This document shows positions 13,100 through 27,412 of a stretch of DNA of 64,000 bases, piece by piece; within the stretch, counting starts at the first letter, position 1, and the number at the start of each line of letters is the position of its first letter. The position numbers were made by a program, and so were the translations under genes. Source of the stretch: Octopus sinensis. Lineage: Eukaryota. The stretch is from positions 60,574,001 to 60,638,000 of the forward strand of contig NC_043004.1 in the NCBI RefSeq assembly GCF_006345805.1, written 5' to 3'. The notes beneath the pieces were generated by a model. The model was not told the DNA's origin. It worked only from the letters and a program-made list of their open reading frames with translations, and ran no database searches.

Positions 13100-13955
13100 T
13101 GGATGGAGTGGGTGCGTATGTGTGGGTATGGGTGTGCTTGCGCCTGCATGTTTGCATGTGCTTGTGTGTATATGTGTTCCGCGTAGGAGTTTACTGCGAC
13201 AATGTTTAATCCAATTCTATGGCATTTTGTTCCTTTTCCCGACTAGAAATAAATGCTGATATTTTTGCAATGTGAAAAACAAAAAACAGCCAAGACTTTT
13301 TTGTCTCTATTAATATTGCTAGCAGCAAAACCAAGATGAGTACAAAAATAAGAATATTGTGCATCACCCACCTCTCATTAAGCATCCTGCAGGAGTTCAA
13401 ATGTAACTAAAGAAATATACAATAATGTTTCAGGTAATTTTTCAACAAAAACCTCGTTGGGTTTTTCTTTTCCTCTGCTTGTTTGGTCGTTACAATATTT
13501 TATTTGCGCTTCCATTGTGCATTTATACTCGCTACTTGTGCATTTCTTACAGAGTGTAAACATAAAAATATGTAAATTCTAAGATTTTCTATGATTTCGT
13601 GGTGATATAAACAGATTTTGTTTTTCTTGCAAAAAAATATTAAAGACAGATATGAAATAATAAAAATCAATGCAGGCGCAACACTGTTGTGTAAGCCTTT
13701 AAAATATCTGTTAATATCTAATCATGGATACAAAAAACAGAAACAGCTACACGCAAACCCAAGAACACACGCCACCATACACCTATAAACAGCCTTTTTT
13801 TTCTATTCCCTCACTACTTGTGTGTGATTTTGAAAGTCTACTTCGATACTTTATATTCATGTGTATAGCTGTGTGTGTCTGTATGTTTATATGTGTGTTT
13901 GTCTATATACATATCAACGTATGTATATAAATATGTATGTATATATATATTATAT

Positions 13956-14004
<49 letters not shown>

Positions 14005-14030
14005 ACATACATATATATGTATATTTATAT

Positions 14031-14063
<33 letters not shown>

Positions 14064-14071
14064 CACACACG

Positions 14072-14144
<73 letters not shown>

Positions 14145-14677
14145 GCATATATATTCATATATGTATATTAAATAGTGTTTGTTGCGAAACCTCTAAAGAA
14201 AAGAATTTGCAATGTTTAGTAAGTTTCTAGAAAGTTACATGTAATTCAATGTATCTAACATTATAATTGCATAATTATAAAAACACCCACATATTGGCAA
14301 ATAGAAGGATAATAGTTGTACAACATTCGTGTATCTTGTGCGAGTTCTTTTCTGAATTTTCATGTGATGACTTAGATGTTAAGCAGAATGTTGTAAAAAC
14401 TTGCATAAACTTTCAGACATCGCGTATAACTATTCGTTGAATGTTTCTAAATAAAGAACAGCTGAATATTATTGTGTGTTACACGTTAGCGTATTTCACC
14501 CATGGAATCGATACTACCAGTGCAACTGCTTGGTGTTCAATGCGTCACTCTTCAAACCGATCGCAGATCTACGTGAAATAATGTGCTTCACAACGTACCA
14601 CCCGGTCTAGGAAACGAATAAACACACACACACACACATACACACACACAAATACACACACACAATCACACACACAC

Positions 14678-14735
<58 letters not shown>

Positions 14736-15480
14736 TTATCGTCAAGCTAATATGGCAGTCCAGAAATATAGGACGAATGCCGCCGTTGATTAGTTCCAAG
14801 AGGCCATCGCCTCTAGCTAGCTATGTGACACACGAACCTGTGTCCATTATAACCTTCGAACAGGGGAGTTCAGCCGCTTCCCCTTGTTAGTCAGGCATCT
14901 GCAGAGTAGTTTCAGAGTATTTTCCCTTTATCAATGCAGAACAGCCGAATCCAGCAGGGTATATATGTTTTCGAATCCTAGACAGTGAATACGATATACG
15001 AGGGAGTGAGGAAACGAAAGAGAATGGCACCACATTTAGGAGGGGAGATAGATGCATATTATATACATATATGTGAGTGTGTGTGTATGTGTATGTAATT
15101 GTGTTTGTGTGTGTATGTATGCGTGTTTGTTTGCGTGTGTATGTTTATGTATGTATATGCGTGTGTGCATGTGTGTGTATATGCATGTATATATAGAGGT
15201 AAATATATGTAAACGGATATTGCTTGAGCAAAATCATAAAATGAAATACAAATAACAACGGAGTTGAGTCATACTGAAAGATGTTTAATAATCGCTTCCT
15301 CTAACTGGCTCTGTTAGATCTTTCTTCTGTTTGGATTAAAGATCGAGCTGTGTCTTATATTGATATCTCATTAGAATCCACTAATCTCTTCATTGAGCCG
15401 TTATTTTTACGATGGGACTATATATATGCGTTTCAACATAAAGATTAGATCATATGGCTACGAAAATATGCTTAGCCATC

Positions 15481-16287
15481 AAGGCGGCGAGCTGGCAGAA
15501 ACGTTAGCACACACGGTGAAATGCTTAGCCGTATTTCGTCTGTCTTTACGTTCTGAGTTCAAATTCCACCGAGGGCGAATATGCCTGTCATCCTTCGGGG
15601 TCGATAAATTAAGTTCCAGTTACGCACTGGGGTCGATGTAATCGACTTAATCCATTTGTCTGTTCCCTCTATGTTTAGCCCCTTGTGGGCAATAAAGAAA
15701 TATGAAATGTTAGCCGGCTGGGCAAAATGCTTAGCAGTATTTCGTCTGCCGTTACATTCTGATTTCAAATTCCGCCGAGGTCGACTTTGCCTTCAACCTT
15801 TCGGAGTCGATTAAATAAGTACCAGTTACGCACTGGGGTCGATATAGTCGACTTAATCCGTTTGTCTGTCCTTGTTTGTTCTCTCTTTTGGGTAGTAAAG
15901 AAAAAGGTATTTCGTATGTTTACTTTCTGAGTTTAAATTCCACGGAGGGCAACTTTGCCTATCATCCTTTCGGGGTCGATAAATTAAGTACTAGTTACTC
16001 ACTGGGGTCGATGTAATCGATTTAATCTCTTTGTCTGTCCTTGTTTGTCCCCTCTATGTTCAGCCCCTTGTGGGCAATAAAGAAATTAGAAATAAGAAAC
16101 GTTAGCACGCCGGACGAAGTGCTTAGCAGTATTCCGTCTGTTTTTACGTTCTGAGTTCAAATTCCGACTTTGCTTATCATAGTTTCGGGGTCGATAAATT
16201 AAGTACCAGTTGCGTACTGGGGTCGATCTAATGGACTGGCCAGCCTCCCCAAAAATTTCGGGCATTGTGCCTAGAGTAGAAAAGAAT
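15481..16287 (+). mobile_element. Family C SINE (Nin/Deu-like), tandem array of about 4 units
   Basis: GGCGAGCTGGCAGAAACGTTAGC head, GAGTTCAAATTCC B box and CGGGGTCGAT-AAATTAAGTACCAG core repeated four times at ~200-bp spacing. Confidence 0.85.
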
Positions 16288-16558
16288 ATTCTTAGCCATA
16301 AGATCTGAGGTGTTTGAAATTGACTTTGAATTATAATTGTATTAGTGGGTTTTATATTTAAATGCATTTTTAGTTAAATAAGTTAGTAGGGTATTTGGAG
16401 TTTTAAGTAGTTGATAAGTGGTTTGTGCATGAATGTAGATTGCTTGTTTATAAGATTCTGAAGAACAAAAATGGATATATATAACATACTATGCTAATGG
16501 TTTGAATCAGATAGTTTTTATCATTGCAGTGATACTGAAGTGTGATCGTACGTGCTTA

Positions 16559-16933
16559 TCTATTATATAAAATCCGTTCTGTCTGTCCGTGTGTGTATCT
16601 TCTAGTATCTCGGGCATCCTCCATCCGATTACGCTCAAATTTGATATGTAGATATGGACGGTATCAGGGCGTTTATAAGTTTTGACAAAAATTACAAAAA
16701 TCGATTCCAGGTGAGAATGCGATCGATAAAGCCTTGTGAACGTGCATTTGTACGTGCAAGTACTTCTGCTGTTGCGATCTATACTACGCGTTCGCGAGAA
16801 AATGCACGCGTCATTTGCGTCATGGCTTGAAATAATGCCACAAAATGGGACGGTCGGACCAGTTGTTTTGAAAAAATTTGGTTTAAATGTTTGACTACTC
16901 AGCACCGTCCATTGGACGGGGGCGCTTTGCTCG
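16559..16933 (+). mobile_element. Non-autonomous Helitron (shorter copy)
   Basis: A|TCTATTATATAAAATCCGTTCTGTCTGTCCG ... hairpin CCGTCCATTGGACGG ... CTCG|T. Confidence 0.78.
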
Positions 16934-17500
16934 TCACATATATTTTCATATTGCCCAATGAGAAGGGCCACCTGCATTTCACTCTGTGACTACAGCCTGT
17001 CATTTCTGCGGACTGAGTAGCCGGAGATGTAACTGTTTGTTTTTTCCTGTTATCATTCTTTGTTAAAGTTGGCTGCATCGCCAACGGATATCATTAGCTT
17101 GCTATATTTTCTCATTCTGGTCGCATTTCTATAACTTAGGTATTACATTTACCGTTAAAATCAGGCGTATCATATTTGTCTTCCAGCATATTCAACTTGA
17201 AAAGATTTTTGTATATTAATATTGCTTCTTCGTTATAACTGTTATTTCCTTTTCTGTTTTATGTTTACCTATTTTATATTTTTAATAAACAATTTCCATT
17301 TATTTTATTTCGCGACATTGTATATTGCTTTAACTTTTTAGTTTAATAGTAATTTATATGCAGAAAACAATTTATTTTTTGTTTCTAATATATCTTATGG
17401 CATTATATTTCTTAATAAATATTTTCACTAAAGTGGTACTTTTAAATTGCAGCCTTTTACATGCTAAGGATGAAGCAGTCACCGTTGTGCAGCATAATTA

Positions 17501-18054
17501 TTGGGTTGTCCGGAAAGTTCGTGCCGATTTTTAGTAGCTTACATTTCGACTTATTTTAGAACATAAAATAGCATTTGACTACATCTCCATTTAGAACACC
17601 ATTTAAGCTACCTTTTTGTGGAAGAAGGTTTATGTTCCCATAACGTGTGCTAATTCTGTAACCCTTTAAAATGGAAGATAAGAAAGTTCATTTTCGGCAC
17701 TTGATGCTTTGGGAACCAGACAAAAGTTGCTGCCGCTCGGCTGGGATGTGTTACCCCACCCTCCATATTCACCAGATATTGCTCCTTCGGATTTCCACTT
17801 ATTCATGTCTCTGCAGAATAGTCTTAATGGTAAAATTCTCAATTCCTTGGATGACACAAAAAGATGCCTTGATGAATTCTTTGTCATGAAATCACCTCAA
17901 TTCTGAGAAGAGAGTATTTTCAAGTTAAAGGAAAGATGGAGACGCATTGTGCAACAAAATCGTTCATATTTGGTTGATTAAAAATGTAATGGCAAGTATT
18001 TATTGACCTTTTTCTTTCCTTTAGATATCGGCACGAACTTTCCGGACAACCCAA
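17501..18054 (+). mobile_element. Internally deleted mariner element
   Basis: Perfect 28-bp TIRs TTGGGTTGTCCGGAAAGTTCGTGCCGAT, TA duplication; N-terminal MEDKKVHFRHLML joined to C-terminal WDVLPHPPYSPDIAPSDFHLF. Confidence 0.93.
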
Positions 18055-18377
18055 TAATATACTGCATTGCCACATTCTATGTGTTATAACTAAAGAATGT
18101 GGTAAACGTGTTTGTACTTTTAACTTCTGATTCAAAGTTAGGTTTTTGTCTATCTTTAATCTAACTTTATTCTATCGCTTACCTAGAAATATTTCTCTTC
18201 TGCTTTACATCAACTCGAATACCTCATCATTCCATCATAGTGTACATTCATATACACACGTACATATGACGCCATATTAACATAACACTGGGTCCCTCGA
18301 TTGCTAAAACTTCTGTGTGGTTTTTCTTAAATAGTAACCCGAAAATCAGTATACATGTGTATAATATATATGCATAG

Positions 18378-18702
18378 ATGAGCACTCCATCGGTTACGAC
18401 GACGAGGATCACAGATGATACGATCAGCAGAACAGCTTGCTCGTGAAATTAACGTGCAAGTGATTGAACAATCCACAGACACGTGTACCCCTTACGTATT
18501 TCTCAGGGAGATTCAGCGTGACACAGAGTGTGACAAGGCCAGCCCTTTGAAATATTGGTACAACTCATTTTTGCCAGCTGAATGGACTGGAGCAACGTGA
18601 AATAAAGTGTCTTGTTCAAGGACACAACACGTTGACGGGAATTGAACTCACGACCTTACAATCATGAGCCGAATGCCGTAACCACGATGCCACGCACCTT
18701 CA
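18378..18702 (-). mobile_element. tRNA-derived SINE, family A-related
   Basis: Reverse complement GAAGGTGCGTGGCATCGTGG ... GAGTTCAATTCCC ... TGTGTCCTTGAACAAGACACTTTATTTCACGTTGCTCCAGTCCA. Confidence 0.8.
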
Positions 18703-18929
18703 CACATGCATAGATACGTACTTACAAACAAATGCATACAAAATATGGTAATCAGTGGTAAAATCGATATCGCGTTACAGAATCTTGCGTTGCAAGTTTT
18801 TCAGTAAAATATTACTGCAGTTACACAGGGGACTCCAGTATGTATAACAAATATACATGCATGCATGCGTGTGTGGGGGTGGCTTGGTGTGTGTGTGTGC
18901 GTACATGTATGCGTGTGCGCTCTAAAATA

Positions 18930-19161
18930 TCTATTTCTTTATTACCCACAAGAAGCTAAACACAGAGGGGACAAACAAGGACAGACATAGGTATTAAGTC
19001 GATTACATCGACCCCAGTGCTTAACTGGTACTTAATTTATCGACCCCGAAAGGATGAAAGGCAAAGTCGACCTCGGCGGAATTTGAACTCACAATGTAAC
19101 ACAGACGAAATACCGCTAAGCATTTCGCCCGGCGTGATAACGTTTCTGCCAGCTCGCCGCC
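18930..19161 (-). mobile_element. Family C SINE
   Basis: ATCGACCCCGAAAGGATGAAAGGCAAAGTCGACCTCGGCGGAATTTGAACTC ... GCCAGCTCGCCGCC. Confidence 0.85.
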
Positions 19162-19740
19162 TTTGCGCTCTAAAATATCGGATACCTATTTGTAGAAAGG
19201 GCAGATTTTCTCTTTGATGTTTTGCGTAGAAAAATATTCCTGCACTTTAAGACAGTTTGTTACTTCTATATTAATAACATCGAAATTCTGTCTGTCCGTT
19301 TGGCACCCCTGTATCTCAGCCTACACTCGCTCTATATAGACATCCGTTTTTTGGAATCAGGAGGATCTCGTGATTGAAAATCTGCCCTTTTTTTCTTCTT
19401 CAACATCCGGCATTAGGATTTCAAAAGCGTTTGAGTTGCTATTTTTAGAAGGTAAAGCGACCGCGCAAGCTTTCAGAGCCATAGTATAACTGAAATAGGT
19501 AAACAAGTGATACCTCCCTTAGCTTAAAATTTTAATAAGGAACTTAATGGTACTCTAACCTTTTTCAGTCATCAGACTGCGACCATGCTGGGGCACTGCC
19601 TTGAAGAATTTAATCGAACAAATCGATACCAGTTATTTACTATTTATACCTAGTATTGTTTTATTGGTTGCTTTTACCAAACCTCTAAATCCTGTAAACG
19701 TAAACACACCAACACCTGTTACTAAGTTATTGTGAGGTAC

Positions 19741-20250
19741 GCACCCCATGGAAAATCATCTCACAAACTGATATTGAAGAAAGGCATTCCAGTCAGGCTT
19801 TTGAGCAATCTGGATCCTCCAAAGCTATGCAGTGGAACAAGATTGATTGTTAGGCAAACGCATCTACAGTTTTTGGAAGCAACAATCCTCACTTGACAAG
19901 GAAAAGTAGAATGTGTGTTTATTTTAAGAATTCCACTGATTCCAGCAAACAAGCCCTTTGAATTCAAGAGACTTCGATTTCCACTAAGAGTTAGTTTTGC
20001 AATGTCAATTAACAAGATTCAAGGACAATCACTGGAAATTGTTGGACTTCAACTCATGTAGCACTGATTTTCCCATGGTCAGGTCTATGTTGATTGTTGC
20101 GGAGTTGGAAAAGACAACAATTTGGTCAAGGCGGTGCTCCAGCATGGTGGCAGTCAAATGATCGAAGCAAAGGAAGAATAAAAGAATAAAAGAATACTAA
20201 CCACTAAATGGTAAAACCAAGAATAATATTTTTCCTGCTATTTTACAGTG
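19741..20250 (+). pseudogene. Helitron RepHel Pif1-like helicase C-terminal relic
   Basis: Frame from 19741: HKLILKKGIPVRLLSNLDPPKLCSGTRL...RIPLIP...FPLRVSFAMSINKIQGQSL...FSHGQVYV with 3 stops; interrupted by a SINE tail (20128-20195), then NGKTKNNIFPAILQ*. Confidence 0.88.
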
Positions 20251-21504
20251 ATCTCCATATATCACAGTGGTATAAAATTCTCCGAATGAGATACTCTATG
20301 ATATAAATCTGAAATAGTAGGAAGCCATTAATTGCTTCATTATTATTTATCACTTTAGTTTTGGGCTCAGGGCCAACTAGCTCTCCACAAGATCTAGTCC
20401 AAAAGTTTGCACGGAGAGCGGCTTTTAAGCTAGTTAATGCATATCTTTCAAATCTTTGTATAATTCTTTGGTTATCAGAAATATAACTTCCACTATTAAT
20501 CGCATAATTTTCTGGAAGTAGTGTCATATTTAGGCGAAATGACCAACAATTCCTACTTTGTGTAGTTTAGTACCGTGTGGTATAGTTCAATGTACTTGCT
20601 CTTTGATGCTTTTTTATACATTTTCCTCTACAAATGATGTTTTTGACAATACAAGTACAGAAAATAAAACTGTCACTAATCAACAAAAGATATTCCAACA
20701 ACGTAATGTACTGAGTCAGAGTAACATAAGAGGAAATACTATACTAAAAATGTATCAGATACTACACATATTCAAAATATAAAAATGTATAAACAGAATT
20801 AATCAAATGCATATCAAAAGCATCATGGAAGAGAACAAATCAAAATGAATTACGCAAACCATAAACTAACACGAATATTATTCTCTCGAAATCTTGAGTT
20901 TTAAAAGCCTCTCCCATTAATAACAAACTACAAGCGTGTAAACCAGTCAAGCTACTAATTATCAATGGAAATACCAACGTGATTCATGATTTCACTTACA
21001 TATAAGAACATTACAAATTTTACGGTATGTAAGTGGGTGTATGATAGATTATCACATCTTACTTCTTCGCTTTCTCCACATTTTAAAAAAGGTAAGTGTA
21101 CTCTCTGGCACACTGTGTCCTACATAGTCGCTATCCCGATCGATAGACAACACAACATATCTTTCAATAAATTGTTCTGTGCCACCTCGGATTTTTCTCT
21201 TAAAACGATAACGGAATCTGTTTGATCTTATTGATGCATTAAACGTTGAGATTCTTCTCCGGCTATTGGATAAAAAGATTTAATTAAGGTTCACTCTAAC
21301 TTGTCAAAAGGCTGGTAATTATTTTTTTCGCAGTCAATAGTTTCATATTTAGCTCTTGTTTGTTCTGGCAGCGTTAAAGAAGCGACAATTGATTTGATTT
21401 CCGGTTAGCATATAACACGTTTGGGTATAGAATAGTGAGCGTGCGTGTGGTGTGTGCCCGTATTGTCGTTTAAACATTTGAAATGACGTTAATATTGACT
21501 TCAA

Positions 21505-21746
21505 ATGTTGGCAACATGCCAGAAATTTCGGGGGAGGGGATAAGTTCATTACATTGACCTCAGTGCTCAACTGGTACTTATTTTATCGACCCCGAAAGGG
21601 AACTAGTAGATTACATTGACCCCCCGTGTACTTCTCTTATCGACCCCGAAAGGATGAAAGGGAGAATTTGAACTCAGAAAGTAAAGACGGACGAAATGTC
21701 ACTAAGCATTTTGCCCGGCTCGACAATGAATCCGCCAGCTCGCCGC
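21505..21746 (-). mobile_element. Family C SINE, rearranged
   Basis: Duplicated ATCGACCCCGAAAGG core and GCCAGCTCGCCGC head. Confidence 0.7.
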
Positions 21747-22276
21747 AGTTAACATAATTATAAAAAAAAATAGATTGATGAAGAATGGCATATTATTGAA
21801 ATACCATTCAATAAAACAGTCAAGCATTAGTATTATTGCTTGCAGACAGTTTTTCGAAATCAGTGACGGAAGTTACTGGGAAAAACAATAAATAAGTAGT
21901 TGAAAACAGGTCTCCCTTTCATCGTAGACCGGTGATTGCCGTACGCCGAAGACAGGCAATACCTAGAAAGTGCAATTCATGCGTATCACTTAGGTTTACG
22001 AGAGAGGGATGACCTCCCTTTGCAAATACTATAAGAGCACAGAAAGTGTGCCTAAAGCCACCTGGAGACGATGATCGCATGGGGCTAAAAAGCTACAGTA
22101 ACACCCACCCTTAGTGGTTAGCCATATTGAGATGGCTAGTATACTTTACGTTGTCGAGCAGTTACTGTTTACATCTCGTTCAGAGATTTATTATTAGTCT
22201 TATTATTATTGCATATAATCTTTCTCCTGGATAACAACCAAACATCAGCAGCAACAACAACAATATTAATATTAAT

Positions 22277-22487
22277 CTTTTCTACTCAAGGCAAAAGCCT
22301 GAAATTTTGTGGGAGGGGGCCAGTTGATTAGATCGACCCCAGTACGCAACTGGTGCTTAATTTATCGACCCCGAAAGGATGAAAGGCAAAGTCGACCTCG
22401 GCGGAATTTGAACTCAGAACATAAAGACAGACGAAATACCACTAAGCATATCGCCCGGCGTGCTAACGATTCTGCCAGTTCGCCGCC
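22277..22487 (-). mobile_element. Family C SINE
   Basis: Same core and head as 18930-19161. Confidence 0.82.
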
Positions 22488-23025
22488 ATGCAATAATAAT
22501 ATTAACAATTAACCCTCTTCCTTTTCTTCCTTCGCTTCCTCCTCCTCATCATCATCATCATCAACACCCTCCCTCCTCCTCTCCCTCCATCTCCGCTTCC
22601 TCCTCCTTCCCGCCTCCTCCGCTTCCTCCACTTCCAATTCTTCGTCCGCATTATCCCTCCTCCTCCTCCTCCTCATCCTCATCATCATCATCGTGTACGA
22701 AATTCAACATGAATAATATAAAACAAACTAAAATACATTGAGCTCTTGAAAGGAAAATATGGCGATAATTAAATATTTGTATACTGCTTCGTACGTTTTT
22801 AAAAAATTAACGTTGATTTATTTTCCTCTTCCGCAATCTTTATACATGCACGCACGCGCGCACGCAAGTATATATGCATTTACATATATGTGTATGTATG
22901 TGTGTGCATGTGTGTGTGTATGTGTGTGTGTGTATTCACTTTCTTATCTATTCTCATCCTGCCTACTTTTTCTTCTCTGTCTCTCAACGATTTTCGATAT
23001 ATATATATATATTATATATAATATA

Positions 23026-23106
<81 letters not shown>

Positions 23107-24698
23107 ATATGTACACTCACACACATCGTTTTATCTTTATTGTCCAGACCTTAAGAAAACACGAATAGGTTTTCTTTACCTCAAAGAATTATTCACATTT
23201 ATTTCAATAATAAATCGCAATAATATTTATTCTATTTGACAAGAGACTGGACCAACCATTACCACAAGCTTCGACACAGAAATGCCTCTTTCTCACCGCA
23301 ATACTTTTAATACAAATGATGGTGGTAGCGGTCGGGGTGGGCGGATTGATGAGTAAGTGTAGTATGTATGTAGCCGATATGTGCAAAGAACTCGTAGTAT
23401 TAGTAGTAGTAGTAATTGTGGAGGTGGTGTAGCGGTGATAATGTGGTGATGGTGATGGTGGTGTGGTGGTGGTCGTTGTTGTGGTCGTGATAGTCGTGGT
23501 CGTCATTGTGGCGGTGGAGTCGGCAATGGTGATGGTGGTGGTGGTGGTGGTGATGGTGGTGGTGGTGGTGGTGGTGGTGTTGGTGGTGGTACAAGAAGAC
23601 GAGTTGGTATTAATGATGATGATGTCTATTATGGTGATGCTGATGCTGATGATGTTGTTGATGAAGATGATGAGACGATGATGAGGCTTCTTATGATGAT
23701 GATGATGATGATCATCATCATCATCATCATTCTCATCATCATCATTAGCATCATCATCATCATCAAGAAAGAAGAAATAACATGAAGAGATAGCTGCTGA
23801 TGACGGTGACGACAATGATAATGAATTATAATAATATTAAGAAGAAGAAGAGAAGAAGAAGAAGAAGAAGAAGAAGAAGAAGAAGAAGAAGAAGAAGAAG
23901 AAGAAGAAGAAAAAGAAGAAGAACAAGAAGAACAAGAAGAACAAGCAGAAGAAGGAAGAAGAAGAGAAGAAGAAGGAAGGAAGGAGGGAAAAAGGAAGGA
24001 AGGAAGGAAGAAAGGAAGGAATCACGAGAAAGCTGAAATATGAATAATATGGATATGAATGAAGAATTAGAAGACGAGGAACTAACATAAGAACAAAAAT
24101 GAAATAACAGAAGAGATGAAGGAAATACCAAAGTAAAATAGAACCACCACCACCACCACCACCATAACAACAACAACAATAATATTAACAGCAAAGATAA
24201 TAACAGCAATATTAATAATAACAGTGATTAATAAAGCTTTATTGTTCGATTGAAAGAGAAATTGGCTGTTTTCAGAAATCGGCTGTTTTCGAGAAATTGC
24301 TTTCAAACTGTTTCTGCAATATATTATTAGGCCGGAGATGCTTATAAGAAAAAAAATTTCTCTTATTCTAATATTATGAGAGAATCTGTGAAAATTTTGT
24401 GTACCAGCAATCAATAAGTAATATCATTTCGGCAACGAATAGGGATATAATATTCTTGTTTTTGTCTTGTATTCTTCGTATTTTTCTTTTCTCGCTTTTT
24501 TCTTACATTTGTTGTAGTAATTTTGTTGTTAATATATTTTTGTTTTTGCTTTTGTTATCATCCTCATCATCATCATCGTCATCGTCGTCATTATTATTAT
24601 TAATATTATTATTATTATTACTATTATTACTATTATTATTATTATTAGTATTACTATTATTATTATTGTTATTATTATTATTATTGTTATTATTATTA

Positions 24699-24738
<40 letters not shown>

Positions 24739-25478
24739 TATTATTATCATATTACTATTATTATTATTTATTATTACTATTTTTATCATTATTATTATTA
24801 TTATTATTGTTATTATTATTATTATTATTTTTGTTATCATTATTATTATTATTGTTGTTGTTATTGTTATTTTTCCAATAAGGAGCTATGAGAAATAATA
24901 GATTAGGATAAATGTTCAATGTTTGACGTACGACTTGTCCAGTATCATGCATAAGAGTAGATTTGTTGGTTTGTTTGGACGGACATATTTGTATATGTGT
25001 ACGAGTGAATGAATGTGTGTTTGTGTGTATTTCTCTTTGTGACTGTATATTTGGGTGGGTTTTCTGTAAGTTATTCGTATTGAGAGGCAAGTCAATTTTG
25101 GTTAATTGCATAGCAAATATTCAAATCAACACATATCTCTTTTCGTACTTTCAATGTATCTTCTATTTCTTCTTCCTTTTGTTCTTCTTCTTCTTCTTCT
25201 TCTTTTTCTTCTTCTTCTTCTCCATTATTATTAGTATCATTAAAACCATTATTATTATTATTATCATTATTATTATTATTTACAATGAGAAAATGGAATA
25301 ATATCTTCAGTTACCAATATATATAGAAACATACAAGCGCGCACACACAGACACACACACGCATATATATATATGCAACATATATATGTATATATATATA
25401 TATATTATGTGTGTGTGTGTATGTGTATATATATATATATATATATGTATGTATATATGTATGTATATATATATGATA

Positions 25479-25541
<63 letters not shown>

Positions 25542-26229
25542 GTATGTATGTATGTATGTATATAAATATTGATATTGATATTCAGCATTCTCAATATTCA
25601 GTAGAGAAATTCAATAATTGAAATATTAATATCGGAGTCACAATAGGCGACACATATGCGCACAGGTACGAACACACAGCTTTACAATTGTGTACTTAAA
25701 TAAATATATATATTGTCATATATATTAACATACACACATATATACATTTATAAACACTCACACACATAAACATAAATACATATATTTATGCACATATACG
25801 TGTTTGTGTATGTGTGTGTGTGTGTCTGTGTGTGTCTGTGTGTGCGTGTGTGTATTCAGCGGGAAACATTGTTACATTCATATTTTTAATAAACATATGT
25901 TTAGGCTCCTAGCTAAAATAGACCCGTGGATAAACCACAGAACTATCTTAGAAGCTTTAAGAAGGAACAAGCAAAGTAATCGATTGAAGTCTTCCATCGA
26001 ATATACAGACAGGGTTCGATTACTTCCACCGTCCTTTGATAAGATGTATTCCATAAAGTCGGCAATAGACAGGGCTTCCGTCTTCGTAAAGTTTGCTTCT
26101 TTTCATCTTTTCAGAGTCGATAAAATAAGAGCCAGTCGACTAGTGAGGCTGATACAATCGACTATTCCCTTCTTAAATTCAATCGACTTACCCCTTCCAG
26201 GCCTGAGCCTACCGTAGAAGCGGTTATCA

Positions 26230-26233
26230 TCAA

Positions 26234-26289
<56 letters not shown>

Positions 26290-26354
26290 TATTATTATTA
26301 TATTATTATTATTATTATTATTATTATCATTATTATTATTATTATTATTATTAA

Positions 26355-26398
<44 letters not shown>

Positions 26399-26400
26399 TA

Positions 26401-26442
<42 letters not shown>

Positions 26443-26860
26443 TATTATTATTATTATTATCATTATTATCATTATCCAGTGATCTTATTTTTATATCGTG
26501 CTTTCACCATACTACTGAACGCAGCTCTGTGTTCTTTGGATCTGTGCTGTGGTTTGTTGTGATGCTCTACTTTTTAATGTATCGAACGTGTTTTACGTAT
26601 AAATGTGTGCGTTGCCTAGTAGTGCTGTTTTATGTATGTTATATATACTTGTAAGTCCTGGTGTTTTTGTTATGTATTTGACTGTATATTTTTTACCATG
26701 CCTAATGCGCCTACTACGATCGGAATTATTTCTAGTTTTAGACTCCACTTTCGAGTTACCCTCATTATTAATTCTTCCGCCTTAGCGAAGTCTGAAGTAT
26801 TGTTTTTCAGTCGTTTTTGTTTGCTTGTTTGTCCGTGGGCAAGATATCTCAAGAACCGCT
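26230..26860 (-). mobile_element. 3' end of an R4/Dong-like (REL-endonuclease) non-LTR retrotransposon with (TAA)n tail or target
   Basis: Minus-strand peptides EIIPIVVGALGMVK and NIHKTALLGNAHI resemble REL-domain C-termini; short 3' UTR then ~240 bp of (TAA)n. Confidence 0.72.
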
Positions 26861-26994
26861 CGATGGGCTCGGGTGTAACTTTCAGGAATGTTTGGTCTTG
26901 TGACTGGTGCGGTCTGCTTAGATTCTGAGACCGATCCCGTATCGGACAAGGATTCTGGATTATTTTCCTATTGTTTTTTTTCTTTACATCTTAT

Positions 26995-27201
26995 TCTTTA
27001 CTCTTTTACTTGTTTCAGTCATTTGACTGCGGCCATGCTGGAGCACCGCCTTTAATCGAGCAACTCGACCCCGCGACTTATTCTTTTTTGTAAGCCCAGT
27101 ACTTATTCTATCGGTCTTTTTTGCCGAACCGCTAAGTAACGGGGACATAAACACACCAGCATCGGTTGTCAAGCAATGCTAGGGGGACAAACACAGACAC
27201 A

Positions 27202-27271
<70 letters not shown>

Positions 27272-27412
27272 TACGACGGACTTCTTTCAGTTTCCGTCTA
27301 CCAAATCCACTCACAAGGCTTTGGTCGGCCCGATGCTATAGCAGAAGACACTTGCCCAAGGTGCCACGCAGTAGGACTGAACCCGGAACCATGTGGTTGG
27401 TAAACAAGCTAC
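26995..27412 (-). mobile_element. Family B SINE lacking the first ~25 nt of its tRNA head
   Basis: Reverse complement of 11530-11945; stops at ...AAGTAGC next to the ORF1-only element. Confidence 0.88.

Noticed and set aside
13206-13563. Two short minus-strand ORFs, one Cys-containing and one with a hydrophobic stretch
   Set aside because: No recognisable domain or splice structure; compatible with chance in AT-rich DNA
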